A stretch of DNA of 34,112 nucleotides. Source: a virus (lineage: Duplodnaviria; Caudoviricetes). The first letter of the stretch is position 1, and each line of letters opens with the position of its first letter. The translations under genes and the position numbers were made by a program. The stretch is taken from positions 1 to 34,112 of IMG/VR virus record IMGVR_UViG_3300020042_004176; one strand, given 5' to 3'. Below, piece by piece: positions 17,662 through 25,873 of the stretch. The notes beneath the pieces were generated by a model, which saw only the letters and a program-made list of their open reading frames with translations, was not told where the DNA came from and did not search any database.

Positions 17662-18564
17662 TTACTCCTCTTTAGTCCATGCGTCGAGCACAGAGTTCAA
17701 GTCCTTCTTGCCTTCGGGTGCAGGTGCTGCAACCTTCTTGCTAGGTCGAACTGTAGGCTCGGGTTCTGCGGTCTCCACGGCGGCTTGAGGTGCAGGAGCG
17801 GCGGCTTTGGGGGCTTCCAACTTCTGCTGACGGCCAGACGCATCCGCTTGGTATGGAGTCATCACAACCATCTTGTGCACTTCAGGCTTCTGCACGACTG
17901 CGCTCGTGACTGCGTACTCGTTCTTGTTGATGAACCGCGACGGAGTGAACAACACTGACTGGTTGTCGTTGTCTTCGTTGAAGCTGATCTGGGTAACTAC
18001 GTAGTCCAAGCTCTTGCCGTTGTTGGCCAAGTACTTCGCGTAGTTCTCAAACGTGTGCGCGTTGTCGCTACCGCCTTCGCCAAACAAAGACTTGGAGGCC
18101 AAGTTCATTTGGTACACCTCACCCTCAAGCGATGTGCCGAAATCTTCTTCAAGCACCAAGGCCAGTCGGCGAGAGTAGCGGCACGACTTGGAGTTGCCCA
18201 TACCCGAACCTTTGATGTTCTGTGGGCAGGCATCGCAGCGAGCTGCTTGTGGGTTTTGCGCACCAGCATCTGGTGCCGCGCCGTCATTGCTGAAGCAATC
18301 AGGTGCAGTCGGCTCGGCATCTGGAGTCCATTGCTTGGCGTAGAAGATACGCCCGACTTTGGGGGATGCGCTGACCACGATGGCATTGAGGTTGCCCTTG
18401 ATCTTGCCCATCTCTTCTTTGCCGACAACTTTGCGGAAGATGCCGTTTTTGGGCACGATGCGCTTGACGCCGGAGTTACCAGCCAATTGCTTGGTGAGGT
18501 CGCTGACACCTGCGGTTTGCAGAAAGTCGGGGAGGTTTTGGTCGATCACTGTAATGTTGCTCAT
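17662..18564 (-). CDS. Putative ssDNA-binding/annealing protein with Cys cluster (300 aa)
   Basis: Located in the replication module. Contains C..CDACP..C, an Ala/Pro linker and an acidic/Trp C-terminal tail (VLDAWTKEE) as seen in phage SSBs. Confidence 0.55.
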   Translation of the reverse strand: MSNITVIDQNLPDFLQTAGVSDLTKQLAGNSGVKRIVPKNGIFRKVVGKEEMGKIKGNLNAIVVSASPKVGRIFYAKQWTPDAEPTAPDCFSNDGAAPDAGAQNPQAARCDACPQNIKGSGMGNSKSCRYSRRLALVLEEDFGTSLEGEVYQMNLASKSLFGEGGSDNAHTFENYAKYLANNGKSLDYVVTQISFNEDNDNQSVLFTPSRFINKNEYAVTSAVVQKPEVHKMVVMTPYQADASGRQQKLEAPKAAAPAPQAAVETAEPEPTVRPSKKVAAPAPEGKKDLNSVLDAWTKEE

Positions 18565-18565
18565 T

Positions 18566-18997
18566 TCACTTTTCCTTAGAACGTCTAACAGTCACGGTGT
18601 ATTCGCTTTCCACGTTCAAGCCCATGGGAAGCAGGTCGGGATTCTCAGAGAGGAAGTCCTTCATGTTGGTTTGATGAAGTCTCTTCTCCAACAGGCCAAA
18701 TGCACCTTGCTCTTTGATGAACTGGTACATCGAATCCCAATCATTCGTCCAATACCGCGATTTGACGGAACGAATGATGGTGCCATGTGGGGTGCGGATG
18801 CTGTCGGCGTCAAACTGTTTGCACACCTCAAGCATCCCGTTGCCGAGCAGGCTTTGCTGCTCTTCAAGGTCTTTGTCTTCGAGCTCAAACGTACGCTTGT
18901 TCTCGGCACGTTTGTCTCTGATTTTGATGTAGACCTCGGTTAGCTCGGCGAGTGTCTTTGTGTCGGGGGTGGGTTCCCCCTGAACGGTGTCGTCCAT
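18566..18997 (-). CDS. Hypothetical protein (143 aa, N-terminal coiled coil)
   Basis: Strong RBS AAGGAG; first gene downstream of the 19023-19050 promoter. Confidence 0.75.
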   Translation of the reverse strand: MDDTVQGEPTPDTKTLAELTEVYIKIRDKRAENKRTFELEDKDLEEQQSLLGNGMLEVCKQFDADSIRTPHGTIIRSVKSRYWTNDWDSMYQFIKEQGAFGLLEKRLHQTNMKDFLSENPDLLPMGLNVESEYTVTVRRSKEK

Positions 18998-19022
18998 GTC
19001 AGCTCCTTGCAGTTGAGAAGTT

Positions 19023-19050
19023 ATTATATGGGTTCTGTTGACACTGTCAA
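19023..19050 (-). promoter_or_regulatory. Sigma70-type promoter TTGACA-N16-TATAAT
   Basis: On the - strand, -35 TTGACA is at 19050-19045 and -10 TATAAT at 19028-19023; both match consensus perfectly. The -35 is one arm of the palindrome TTGACACTGTCAA (19038-19050). Confidence 0.75.
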
Positions 19051-20433
19051 TAGGCCATCAGAAATTTCTTCACGATAAAGATCAATTATTTTTGTGTGGT
19101 TGCTAATGTTGTTCTGCAACATGCTGTACAGCCGTTGCTCAACTGCACTGCCCTTGATGTGCACCACTGTCATATTGTTCTTCTGACCGGGGCGGTCAAT
19201 CCGTGCGTTGGCTTGCAGGTAAGTCTCAACACTGGAGACGGGAGCGTACCAAATAACAGTGTTAGCTGCAGTCAGTGTTAACCCGTGGGAGGCCGCTTGC
19301 GGTTGGATGATGAGCACCTTTGGATCAGTCTGGTTCTGAAAACGATGCACTGCGTCACTGCGCTTGTTCAAACTCACGTCTCCGTTGATGACATCGCAGG
19401 TTATGCCGTTCTTTTCGAGGTGCGCCCTCAGCAGGTTTATGGTGTGCGTGAACGGCACAAAGACGAGTACCTTGTGTGACGACTCCTCGATCACTTCCTG
19501 CACCACGTTGAGGCGGTTTGACACATCAAAGTCCACTACCTCGCCAGTGTTGGTGTAGATGGAGCCGCAGGAAATTTGGAGCAGCTTGTTGATTGCCACT
19601 GCTGCGTTAACCGCAGAGATTTCTTCGCCTGCAGCTTCGATCATGAGCTGCGACTTGAGCTTGCTGTAAAACTTCAATTGCTGTGGCGTCAGTGGGGCAT
19701 CACGCTCTACGAACGTAACTGGTGGCAGGTCAAGGCACTGATCCTTCTCAAATCGAATTGCTGGCTGAAGTGCCTTGTGCACTACGTGAATAGCCGTTGG
19801 TTTTGGCACCCACTTGTACATCGTCATCTTGTTCATAACGGAGTCGCGAAACTGCCCGAAGAACGGGGGCACGCCTGTGGGGTTCACCAGTTTCGCCAAG
19901 CCATACGCATCCGCAGGGGACTGGGCAGCAGGTGTACCTGTCAGCATCCACAACCCTTTGACCTTGCGGTTGATGTCGCGCAATACTTTCCAACGATCTG
20001 TCTGCGCGTTTTTGTACGCAGACGCTTCATCTACAACGATCAGATCGAAGCCTCCGTTGATGACCTCGTCTTTGACAATACCAAGCCCGTCGAAGTTGAT
20101 GACGACATACTCGGCATTGCCGTTGACGATTTCTTTGCGCTTGAGTCGAGACCCATAGGCTATGGCTACGGTGCGATGTAGAGCAAACTTAAACAAGTCG
20201 TTCTGCCACGCTGGCTTCATGATCGACAGGGGGCACACAACCAAGACACGCTTGATCGCACCCACGTTCATGAGGTAGTCGGTCGCCCAAATCACTGATG
20301 CTGTTTTGCCAGTGCCCTGCTCGTTGAAGCAGAACGCTTTGCGGTTACTAACAAGGAACTCGGCAGTTAACTTCTGATGGTCGAACGGTTGAAACCCGTG
20401 AGGGCGGGGCCATTCATATTCTGATAGGTTCAT
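19024..20433 (-). CDS. SNF2-family (SF2) helicase
   Basis: Motifs EQGTGKT (I), VVDEAS (II), LTGTP (III), HGLTLTAA (V) and QANARIDRPGQ (VI). Confidence 0.9.
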   Translation of the reverse strand: MNLSEYEWPRPHGFQPFDHQKLTAEFLVSNRKAFCFNEQGTGKTASVIWATDYLMNVGAIKRVLVVCPLSIMKPAWQNDLFKFALHRTVAIAYGSRLKRKEIVNGNAEYVVINFDGLGIVKDEVINGGFDLIVVDEASAYKNAQTDRWKVLRDINRKVKGLWMLTGTPAAQSPADAYGLAKLVNPTGVPPFFGQFRDSVMNKMTMYKWVPKPTAIHVVHKALQPAIRFEKDQCLDLPPVTFVERDAPLTPQQLKFYSKLKSQLMIEAAGEEISAVNAAVAINKLLQISCGSIYTNTGEVVDFDVSNRLNVVQEVIEESSHKVLVFVPFTHTINLLRAHLEKNGITCDVINGDVSLNKRSDAVHRFQNQTDPKVLIIQPQAASHGLTLTAANTVIWYAPVSSVETYLQANARIDRPGQKNNMTVVHIKGSAVEQRLYSMLQNNISNHTKIIDLYREEISDGLLTVSTEPI

Positions 20434-20729
20434 TTTGCTTTACGTTCTTTCGTACTGGTTTGGGAGACGAGGTCGTGGCCAGAGTTGCGCTTGAACGAAC
20501 GGTTGGCTGACGCAGGTACAGCACGCAGGTTTGACTTGGTCGTCTCGCCACCGTTGGACAGGGCCTTCTTGTGGTCCACGTCCTTGCCGTCACCTTTGCT
20601 GACTTTGCCAGCGTCCTCCATGAGTCGCCGCGCCTTGTTGCGCTGTGCTCGCTTCTTCTTGACAGCTTCAGTGCCATCGTACTGCTCGTACTCTTTGGCA
20701 TAGGGTCGGGGTTTGTTTACGTAGGGCAT
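20430..20729 (-). CDS. HNH endonuclease-like protein
   Basis: DVDHKKALSNGG...SNLRAVPASANRS matches the HNH pattern; RBS AAGGAG. Confidence 0.8.
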   Translation of the reverse strand: MPYVNKPRPYAKEYEQYDGTEAVKKKRAQRNKARRLMEDAGKVSKGDGKDVDHKKALSNGGETTKSNLRAVPASANRSFKRNSGHDLVSQTSTKERKAK

Positions 20730-20908
20730 GTTGGCTCCTTTTCGCGGTTAATGATTCGTTTGAGGCATCGCTCCACAGCACTATGAATATCTTTTTTCAC
20801 CGATGGGCGACTACATTGTTCAAGATCACGCAACTCAATCACAATGTTTCTACCGCTTTTAGTTGGCATAACCGCGAAAGAGTTAAGTTTTTTCCCTACG
20901 TGTTCCAT
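20717..20908 (-). CDS. Hypothetical protein (63 aa)
   Basis: TGATG coupling with the upstream nuclease gene; fills the gap. Confidence 0.5.
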   Translation of the reverse strand: MEHVGKKLNSFAVMPTKSGRNIVIELRDLEQCSRPSVKKDIHSAVERCLKRIINREKEPTCPT

Positions 20909-21573
20909 CAGTCGCTCCTGTTGTGTTCACATTGTTTGACTGGGCAGAATCTGCACAGTGGCCCCGTTATGGGGTTCCACACTCCATTTTCCATTGCCGT
21001 TTCGATCCGAGCAAGGTCTGGGCGCAACTTGTCTACGTAGGCTTCTTTTAGCTCTACAACGTGTTCTGCGCGTACGAATTCTTTGCTAACTACAAACAGC
21101 AAAGCTGACTTGACCCGTGTAATCTTTGGGAACCGGGCGAATATGGCAGCGGCTACCAAGTCCAACTGCTGCTTGTCAGCGTAGCGAGCCGACTTGCTGG
21201 TTTTGTAGTCCACAGAATACGCAAGGCCCTTGGCCTCGTCGATCACGAGGAAGTCCGCAATGCCCCGCCACCACACATCGTCGGCATCGAACGCGCAGGG
21301 CTTGAGGTCTTTGGTCAGGCCAAGCTCCAGCTCTACATGCTTCTCGCCGGGTATGGCGGCAAGCGTATCCAGAAACGGCTGCATGTAGGAAAACTTCTCG
21401 GGTATCGGCGTGCCGTCCTTGACGAAATCCTCGGCGGCTTTGTGCACCGACTGGCCGTACATCGTAGCCACAGTGGGCGAGTCCTTGATGTCTTTGGCTA
21501 TCTTCAAGTGATAGTATTTCTTCGGACACTGTTGGAATGTCTTCAGGCTGCTGTACGACCATTTAATGCTCAT
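20908..21573 (-). CDS. Cas4-like PD-(D/E)XK exonuclease
   Basis: WSYSSL..QQCP at the N-terminus, G..VH, GIAD, DYKT and a C-terminal CRFCP..C (Fe-S-type Cys pattern). TAATG overlap with the polymerase gene. Confidence 0.85.
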   Translation of the reverse strand: MSIKWSYSSLKTFQQCPKKYYHLKIAKDIKDSPTVATMYGQSVHKAAEDFVKDGTPIPEKFSYMQPFLDTLAAIPGEKHVELELGLTKDLKPCAFDADDVWWRGIADFLVIDEAKGLAYSVDYKTSKSARYADKQQLDLVAAAIFARFPKITRVKSALLFVVSKEFVRAEHVVELKEAYVDKLRPDLARIETAMENGVWNPITGPLCRFCPVKQCEHNRSD

Positions 21574-23390
21574 TAACAATCTCCGTAACTTTTACCGAAA
21601 CCAGACTCGCAGTTTAGCGGGAGTTCGGGTCCCCACTTCGGCCTGACCTTCATGCAAACCTCGACGTACTCTTGTGCGCGTTCAACTTCCGCTTCGGGCG
21701 CAATGCAGGCAATCGCGTCATGCACCGTCATGACCACTTTGTATTTCTTGGCAACCATAAGCATCTGCTCACCGATGATGATTCGCGCAAGGGCTTGGCA
21801 CACGTTCTCCACCACCTTGCCGCCATAGATGCGGTTGGGGATAACAGCCTTGCCCTTCTTGGTGTCGTAGACAACTTCGGCTCTGCCTTGGTCGTTCTCC
21901 CACAAGCGGATGTTGGGGTACTTCAAGTGCAGGCCGTTGGGCAGTTGAACCCCTTTGCTGCCGTCAACCTTGAGCAGACCGCCTCGGCCAAATGAGGCTA
22001 CGCTGTTCTCCATTACCGCACGCAGAACATTGTTAGCCTCACGCCACAGCTCCGTTATCTTTGGATACGTAAGGCGATACGTGTCGATGATGCGTTTCGC
22101 TTCGTCCAGTTCGATGGACACACCGAAATTTTTAAGTTGGGCTTGGAACTTCGCAGCGCCCATGCCATAACCCGCGCCCAAGATTGTTGTCTTGCCGACA
22201 AAGCGCTCGTCTTTTGTGATCTTTTCGATTGCCTTGCCGTAGATAGCAGAAGCCATGATTTTGTAGACATCTTCACCCTTATCAAACGCATCGACAAGAT
22301 CGTCTTGCCCCGCAAGCCATGCCAACGTACGGGCTTCAATCTGCGATGAGTCTGAGTCAATCATCATGTAGCCGTTGGGGGCGAGAATGGCTCGCTTCAG
22401 CGGTGAGCTCCTTGGCAGATTTTGTAGATTGAGTTTATCGTCGCCGCCCCAACGCCCTGTGTGCGCAGCGTAATAGCGCAGTGGTACGGGCAGCTTGCCC
22501 CTTTCCGCAATGGAGATGAAACGCTCGGTGCGGGTCTCCTCCAGCGTAGACTTTACGCCCAGCCTAGCAGCCACAATTGCCTGCACTTGTGGGTCTTCGT
22601 GCTCAAGCAACGCTTTGAACTCTTCGTCGCTCTTGGCAAAAGCGAATGTCTCTCTGCCCGTGGCCGCGCTGATCTTGGTCGGTGGTGGTACGCCTAACAA
22701 TGTTAGCAAGTCGGCCAACTTTGGGTTGCTCATCAACGTGTCTTTGTCGTGGTCACCAAGCAACGCTTGCTTCTTATCGCGCACAGAGATGATGTGGTCG
22801 GCAAGGACTTTGGTGTCCAGCTCCAACGTGGGTTGTGTGTACATGCGCAGTGTCAGGTCAATCAGGCGCAGCTCCGCACCGGGGAAGCCCTGTGCCATGT
22901 GCTGAAACAATCTGTACGTCATGGCAACATCGTTCTTGCAGTACTCGCCGTACGTGGCTAGGTGCTCCGGTGTGAAGTCTGCCCGGTGGAATCCCTTGGC
23001 ATCGTTGACCTCTGTGCCCTTGACACCCACGTTGTAGTGCTCCGCAAGTGCCTTCAAGCTACCGCCCACCTCAGTGCCGTGCAGTGCACGCCCCATGCTC
23101 AGTGTGTCGAGCAAGCCCTTGGGGTGTATGTCAAACAGCCAGCCCATGATGGCCCCGTCGAACGCAGTGTTGTGCGCCAGCATCAACGAGTTCTCCCAGT
23201 CGTACTGCTTGAGGAACTTCTCGGTCTGCAACATGGAGCCGCTAAACCAGACTGGCTCACCGTCATCCTCCTGCACTGATACACCGATCACTTCAAACTC
23301 GGAGCCGCGCACGTACTCCTCAGTGGTCATGCGCGACAGGCTGTACTCGGTGGAGTAGTAGGTCTCGAAATCGAGGGTGATTATTTTCAT
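21573..23390 (-). CDS. polA: Phage family A DNA polymerase (3'-5' exonuclease + polymerase)
   Basis: ExoI LDFETY, ExoII AHNTAFD, motif A DSSQIEAR, motif B RFVGKTTILGAGYG, motif C VHD. Confidence 0.92.
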   Translation of the reverse strand: MKIITLDFETYYSTEYSLSRMTTEEYVRGSEFEVIGVSVQEDDGEPVWFSGSMLQTEKFLKQYDWENSLMLAHNTAFDGAIMGWLFDIHPKGLLDTLSMGRALHGTEVGGSLKALAEHYNVGVKGTEVNDAKGFHRADFTPEHLATYGEYCKNDVAMTYRLFQHMAQGFPGAELRLIDLTLRMYTQPTLELDTKVLADHIISVRDKKQALLGDHDKDTLMSNPKLADLLTLLGVPPPTKISAATGRETFAFAKSDEEFKALLEHEDPQVQAIVAARLGVKSTLEETRTERFISIAERGKLPVPLRYYAAHTGRWGGDDKLNLQNLPRSSPLKRAILAPNGYMMIDSDSSQIEARTLAWLAGQDDLVDAFDKGEDVYKIMASAIYGKAIEKITKDERFVGKTTILGAGYGMGAAKFQAQLKNFGVSIELDEAKRIIDTYRLTYPKITELWREANNVLRAVMENSVASFGRGGLLKVDGSKGVQLPNGLHLKYPNIRLWENDQGRAEVVYDTKKGKAVIPNRIYGGKVVENVCQALARIIIGEQMLMVAKKYKVVMTVHDAIACIAPEAEVERAQEYVEVCMKVRPKWGPELPLNCESGFGKSYGDC

Positions 23391-23623
23391 GTGGGGTCTT
23401 TCAGTAATTTCATCATGCCCGTAGCTGTTTCTTTGTCTATGCCTTTGGCTAGGGTAGTGCTCACGCGCTCACCATTACGGCTGTAGTCCCAGCGGTAGAC
23501 GGCGTACTTGCCTTTTTTGGAGCGCATGCTGTACTCGGTGCGGGGCTTTGTGTACTGCATACCAAACAAATTATTGAGTCCGGGCAGTAGCTCCTTGAGG
23601 AGTTGGGCGCGGCTTATTGGCAT
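23387..23623 (-). CDS. 78-aa protein whose N-terminus resembles a major capsid protein N-terminus
   Basis: RBS AAGGAG 8 nt upstream of ATG 23623; sequence begins MPISRAQLLKELLPGLNNLFGMQY; stop overlaps the polA start (ATGA). Confidence 0.7.
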   Translation of the reverse strand: MPISRAQLLKELLPGLNNLFGMQYTKPRTEYSMRSKKGKYAVYRWDYSRNGERVSTTLAKGIDKETATGMMKLLKDPT

Positions 23624-23916
23624 CCCATGCACTCCTTAATCACTGCTTCGAGGTGGTTGAAATTGGTCTCGTTGATAAGGCAGGTATAGCCACCCGCCTT
23701 GTTGATATCGCTGAGGTTCTTGAGTTGTAGGGCTGTTGCCATGCCCTTGCCTGCCTTGGCTTCAATAGCCACAAACTTGCCGTTCACGCAGCACAGGAAG
23801 TCAGGCACGCCGCTGTTGCCATAGCCAGTGCCGATGGGCATGGCGTAGTAGACGTTGTGTTCGGTCAGAATCTTTTTGATCTTGGCCTTGACCTTGGCCT
23901 CTGGTGTCGTTGCCAT
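23614..23916 (-). CDS. VRR-NUC domain nuclease (Holliday junction resolvase-like)
   Basis: TPEAKVK...GVPD...IEAKAGKG..TALQ matches the PD-(D/E)XK VRR-NUC pattern. Confidence 0.85.
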   Translation of the reverse strand: MATTPEAKVKAKIKKILTEHNVYYAMPIGTGYGNSGVPDFLCCVNGKFVAIEAKAGKGMATALQLKNLSDINKAGGYTCLINETNFNHLEAVIKECMGCQ

Positions 23917-24269
23917 CAGTCAACCCATTCCATGAACGTGTGGCCCTTGTGCTGAAAGATAGCCAGTCGGAATGTCTTCTCAAGTGTTGCGTCGTCTTCG
24001 CCGTTTTGTTTGTAGCTGCACTGCTCACAGGTAAACTCGATCAGCATGCCCTGTCGGGCCGGGCTTGGGTTGCAGGTGTCTTGTGAGGGGAACTCGGTTG
24101 CTTGTACGTTGCACCCGTCTTGCGCTATCACCGTGGTGGTGTGTGAGCTTTCACCGCACGCAAATATCGTGACGTTCTCTTGGTGGATGTTGCCGCCGCT
24201 TCCGCATGGGCAATTAAGCTGTCCGTAGCTGTCGCTGTCCACCACAGCGGGGTTCAAACCAAATGCCAT
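23916..24269 (-). CDS. Hypothetical Cys-containing protein (117 aa)
   Basis: CPC near the N-terminus and CEQC later; RBS GGAG; first gene after the 24300-24327 promoter. Confidence 0.7.
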   Translation of the reverse strand: MAFGLNPAVVDSDSYGQLNCPCGSGGNIHQENVTIFACGESSHTTTVIAQDGCNVQATEFPSQDTCNPSPARQGMLIEFTCEQCSYKQNGEDDATLEKTFRLAIFQHKGHTFMEWVD

Positions 24270-24299
24270 CTAATGCTCCAATTTATTTAGGGAACGGTC

Positions 24300-24327
24300 A
24301 TAATATCACGGCTCTTTACTTTGTCAA
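24300..24327 (-). promoter_or_regulatory. Sigma70-type promoter TTGACA-N16-TATTAT with extended -10 TG
   Basis: -35 at 24327-24322 and -10 at 24305-24300 on the - strand, directly downstream of a terminator and upstream of the replication genes. Confidence 0.75.
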
Positions 24328-24338
24328 CACCCAGACGT

Positions 24339-24361
24339 AAAAAAGCCGCCCGTAGGCGGCT
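24339..24361 (-). terminator. Rho-independent terminator ending the early operon
   Basis: The - strand reads AGCCGCC-TACG-GGCGGCT-TTTTT (C-UACG-G tetraloop, U6 tract). Confidence 0.88.
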
Positions 24362-24388
24362 CGGTGAATACCCTAACAATGTTAGGCG

Positions 24389-24958
24389 TCAGAAGATAGA
24401 ACTATCAATCTCACGCTTCAAGTACCAAAGCGCTTTTTCGAGGTCTTGTTTGCGGTTGCCTTTGTGGTCGGCACGGGTGATGTACTTGATCACGTTGCCA
24501 AGGTTGTAACCAAGCTCCTTGGCTTCAATGAAGTCGATGGTCTCGATGCCGCCGTACTTGTAGTGAGCAGGTTGGTTGACCGGGTCGGCCTTGGGTTCGT
24601 GCATGGTTACAGGCAATGGGTCTGGCCCCTGCATCAGAATCTTACCCGTCACGGGGTGTACTCGGTTTCGGACCTTACCTGCTTGATACGCCAACTCCAC
24701 CATACGTTGTTTGTACGTATCGGTAACCTTATCCTCAACCACGGGCGTGTCGGATGTGCTGATGTGCAGTGTCTTCCATTTCTTCGGCGTGGGTCTAGTC
24801 TTCCTAGGCTCGGTCTTCCCCACTCTGCCCTTTGCTTTGAGCGCCCAAAGAACTGTGTGCACATAGTTATTCTTCGTGCCTAATGCTGTGCTTATATCCT
24901 TAGCCGTAGCGTTTGGGTTTGCTGCGGCGTAGTCGCGGATTTGTTGGGACTTGTTCAT
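24389..24958 (-). CDS. DUF3310 (SaV-like) domain protein with N-terminal HTH-like segment
   Basis: C-terminal DPVNQPAHY..GGIETIDFI...GNVIKYITRADHKG..QDLEKALWYL; N-terminal ATAKDISTALGTKNNYVHTVLW. Confidence 0.8.
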   Translation of the reverse strand: MNKSQQIRDYAAANPNATAKDISTALGTKNNYVHTVLWALKAKGRVGKTEPRKTRPTPKKWKTLHISTSDTPVVEDKVTDTYKQRMVELAYQAGKVRNRVHPVTGKILMQGPDPLPVTMHEPKADPVNQPAHYKYGGIETIDFIEAKELGYNLGNVIKYITRADHKGNRKQDLEKALWYLKREIDSSIF

Positions 24959-25155
24959 GGTTTAACTCCTGTTTGTTGGTTAACGTAGTTCACTAAAATC
25001 TCCCTGATCTTGGCTTGTTTTGAATATTCGTGGTGCGTGTCAAAGTACTCCAGCACATGCACAGGTAGCCGTAGGCTTGTGCACAGCAGGCGTGGTTTCT
25101 TGCCAAGGCCCCGCCCCTTGCGTTCTTTTTTTGGTTCTTCAATCTCCTTAGTCAT
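24955..25155 (-). CDS. Small DNA-binding protein, BrnA-antitoxin/ribbon-helix-helix-like
   Basis: RKGRG.GKKP..CTSLRLPVHVLEYF...KQAKIREIL: a basic arm followed by a beta strand and two helices. Confidence 0.6.
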   Translation of the reverse strand: MTKEIEEPKKERKGRGLGKKPRLLCTSLRLPVHVLEYFDTHHEYSKQAKIREILVNYVNQQTGVKP

Positions 25156-25382
25156 TTTTTCTCCGCATACACTTCTGGAGCTGCATGGATGAACGTACCC
25201 CCTTCTATTTTTCCTCGCGGTTGGTTAAAAAACACACGGCTGCCCAGCGTGTCTTTGTTGTGGAAAAACCGTGGGTTGGTTTCCTGCACAGATTTAATCG
25301 TGTGGTCCAAGTTGCTGGGCGTGGCGGCACGTAGAGTTGATTGCAGGTTTACGGGTAACAGGGAATGGAATAGATGGCTCAT
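25152..25382 (-). CDS. Hypothetical protein (76 aa)
   Basis: RBS AAGGAG; ATGA overlap with the next gene. Confidence 0.7.
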   Translation of the reverse strand: MSHLFHSLLPVNLQSTLRAATPSNLDHTIKSVQETNPRFFHNKDTLGSRVFFNQPRGKIEGGTFIHAAPEVYAEKK

Positions 25383-25418
25383 GGTTTCTCCTTGGGTTAA
25401 AAAAGTGCTTCGGGTAAA

Positions 25419-25664
25419 TTAGTCGTTGGTTTCTTTCTTTCGACGGTAGACAGGTGCATCAAGTTCAACACCTTCGGGTCGGCTCGATCGAACGGCCACC
25501 ATGCGTTTGTCACGAGGGCGTGGAGTTGTTCCCGCTGCGACTTGTTCAAGCGAGATGAAAGTGTGGGTGTTGGCGCACTCTTTTCTTCGCCAGATTTCGT
25601 TGGTGTTTTCATCGGTTCGTGTCTCTAGTGTGCGTGTCCATGCGCCGCAGATTGGGCATTTCAT
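25419..25664 (-). CDS. NrdR-like N-terminal zinc-ribbon protein
   Basis: MKCPICG..TRTLETR...RRKEC..HTFISLE mirrors the NrdR zinc ribbon; no ATP-cone follows. Confidence 0.7.
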   Translation of the reverse strand: MKCPICGAWTRTLETRTDENTNEIWRRKECANTHTFISLEQVAAGTTPRPRDKRMVAVRSSRPEGVELDAPVYRRKKETND

Positions 25665-25873
25665 ATTTCATGTTTGTTGAGTTGTGGTTTGGTTTTCGGC
25701 GCGGCTCGGGTGTGGATGCTAAAGACCTTGTAGGCCACCAAATTTTCCTCTTTGCTCAGGTGCGCGTAGGTTTGAGGAACTTTTGGTTTGAACGCTACGT
25801 CTTTGCCAAAAATACTTGGTCGTTGGTTGTGAGCCCAGTGGAAGGGCGAGTCGGGGTGGCATTTACATTTCAT
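25661..25873 (-). CDS. Hypothetical protein (70 aa)
   Basis: Overlaps both neighbours in a coupled chain of small genes. Confidence 0.6.
   Translation of the reverse strand: MKCKCHPDSPFHWAHNQRPSIFGKDVAFKPKVPQTYAHLSKEENLVAYKVFSIHTRAAPKTKPQLNKHEI

Noticed and set aside
19038-19050. Similarity of the palindromes to E. coli matS (GTGACRNYGTCAC)
   Set aside because: The 6-1-6 geometry is shared and this one site matches 11/13, but the repeated motif differs at 4 conserved positions and the host is unknown. I cannot call them matS sites.
20908-21573. Cas4-like gene as evidence of a CRISPR-Cas system
   Set aside because: Solo Cas4-like nucleases are ordinary parts of phage replication modules; no array or other cas genes are present.
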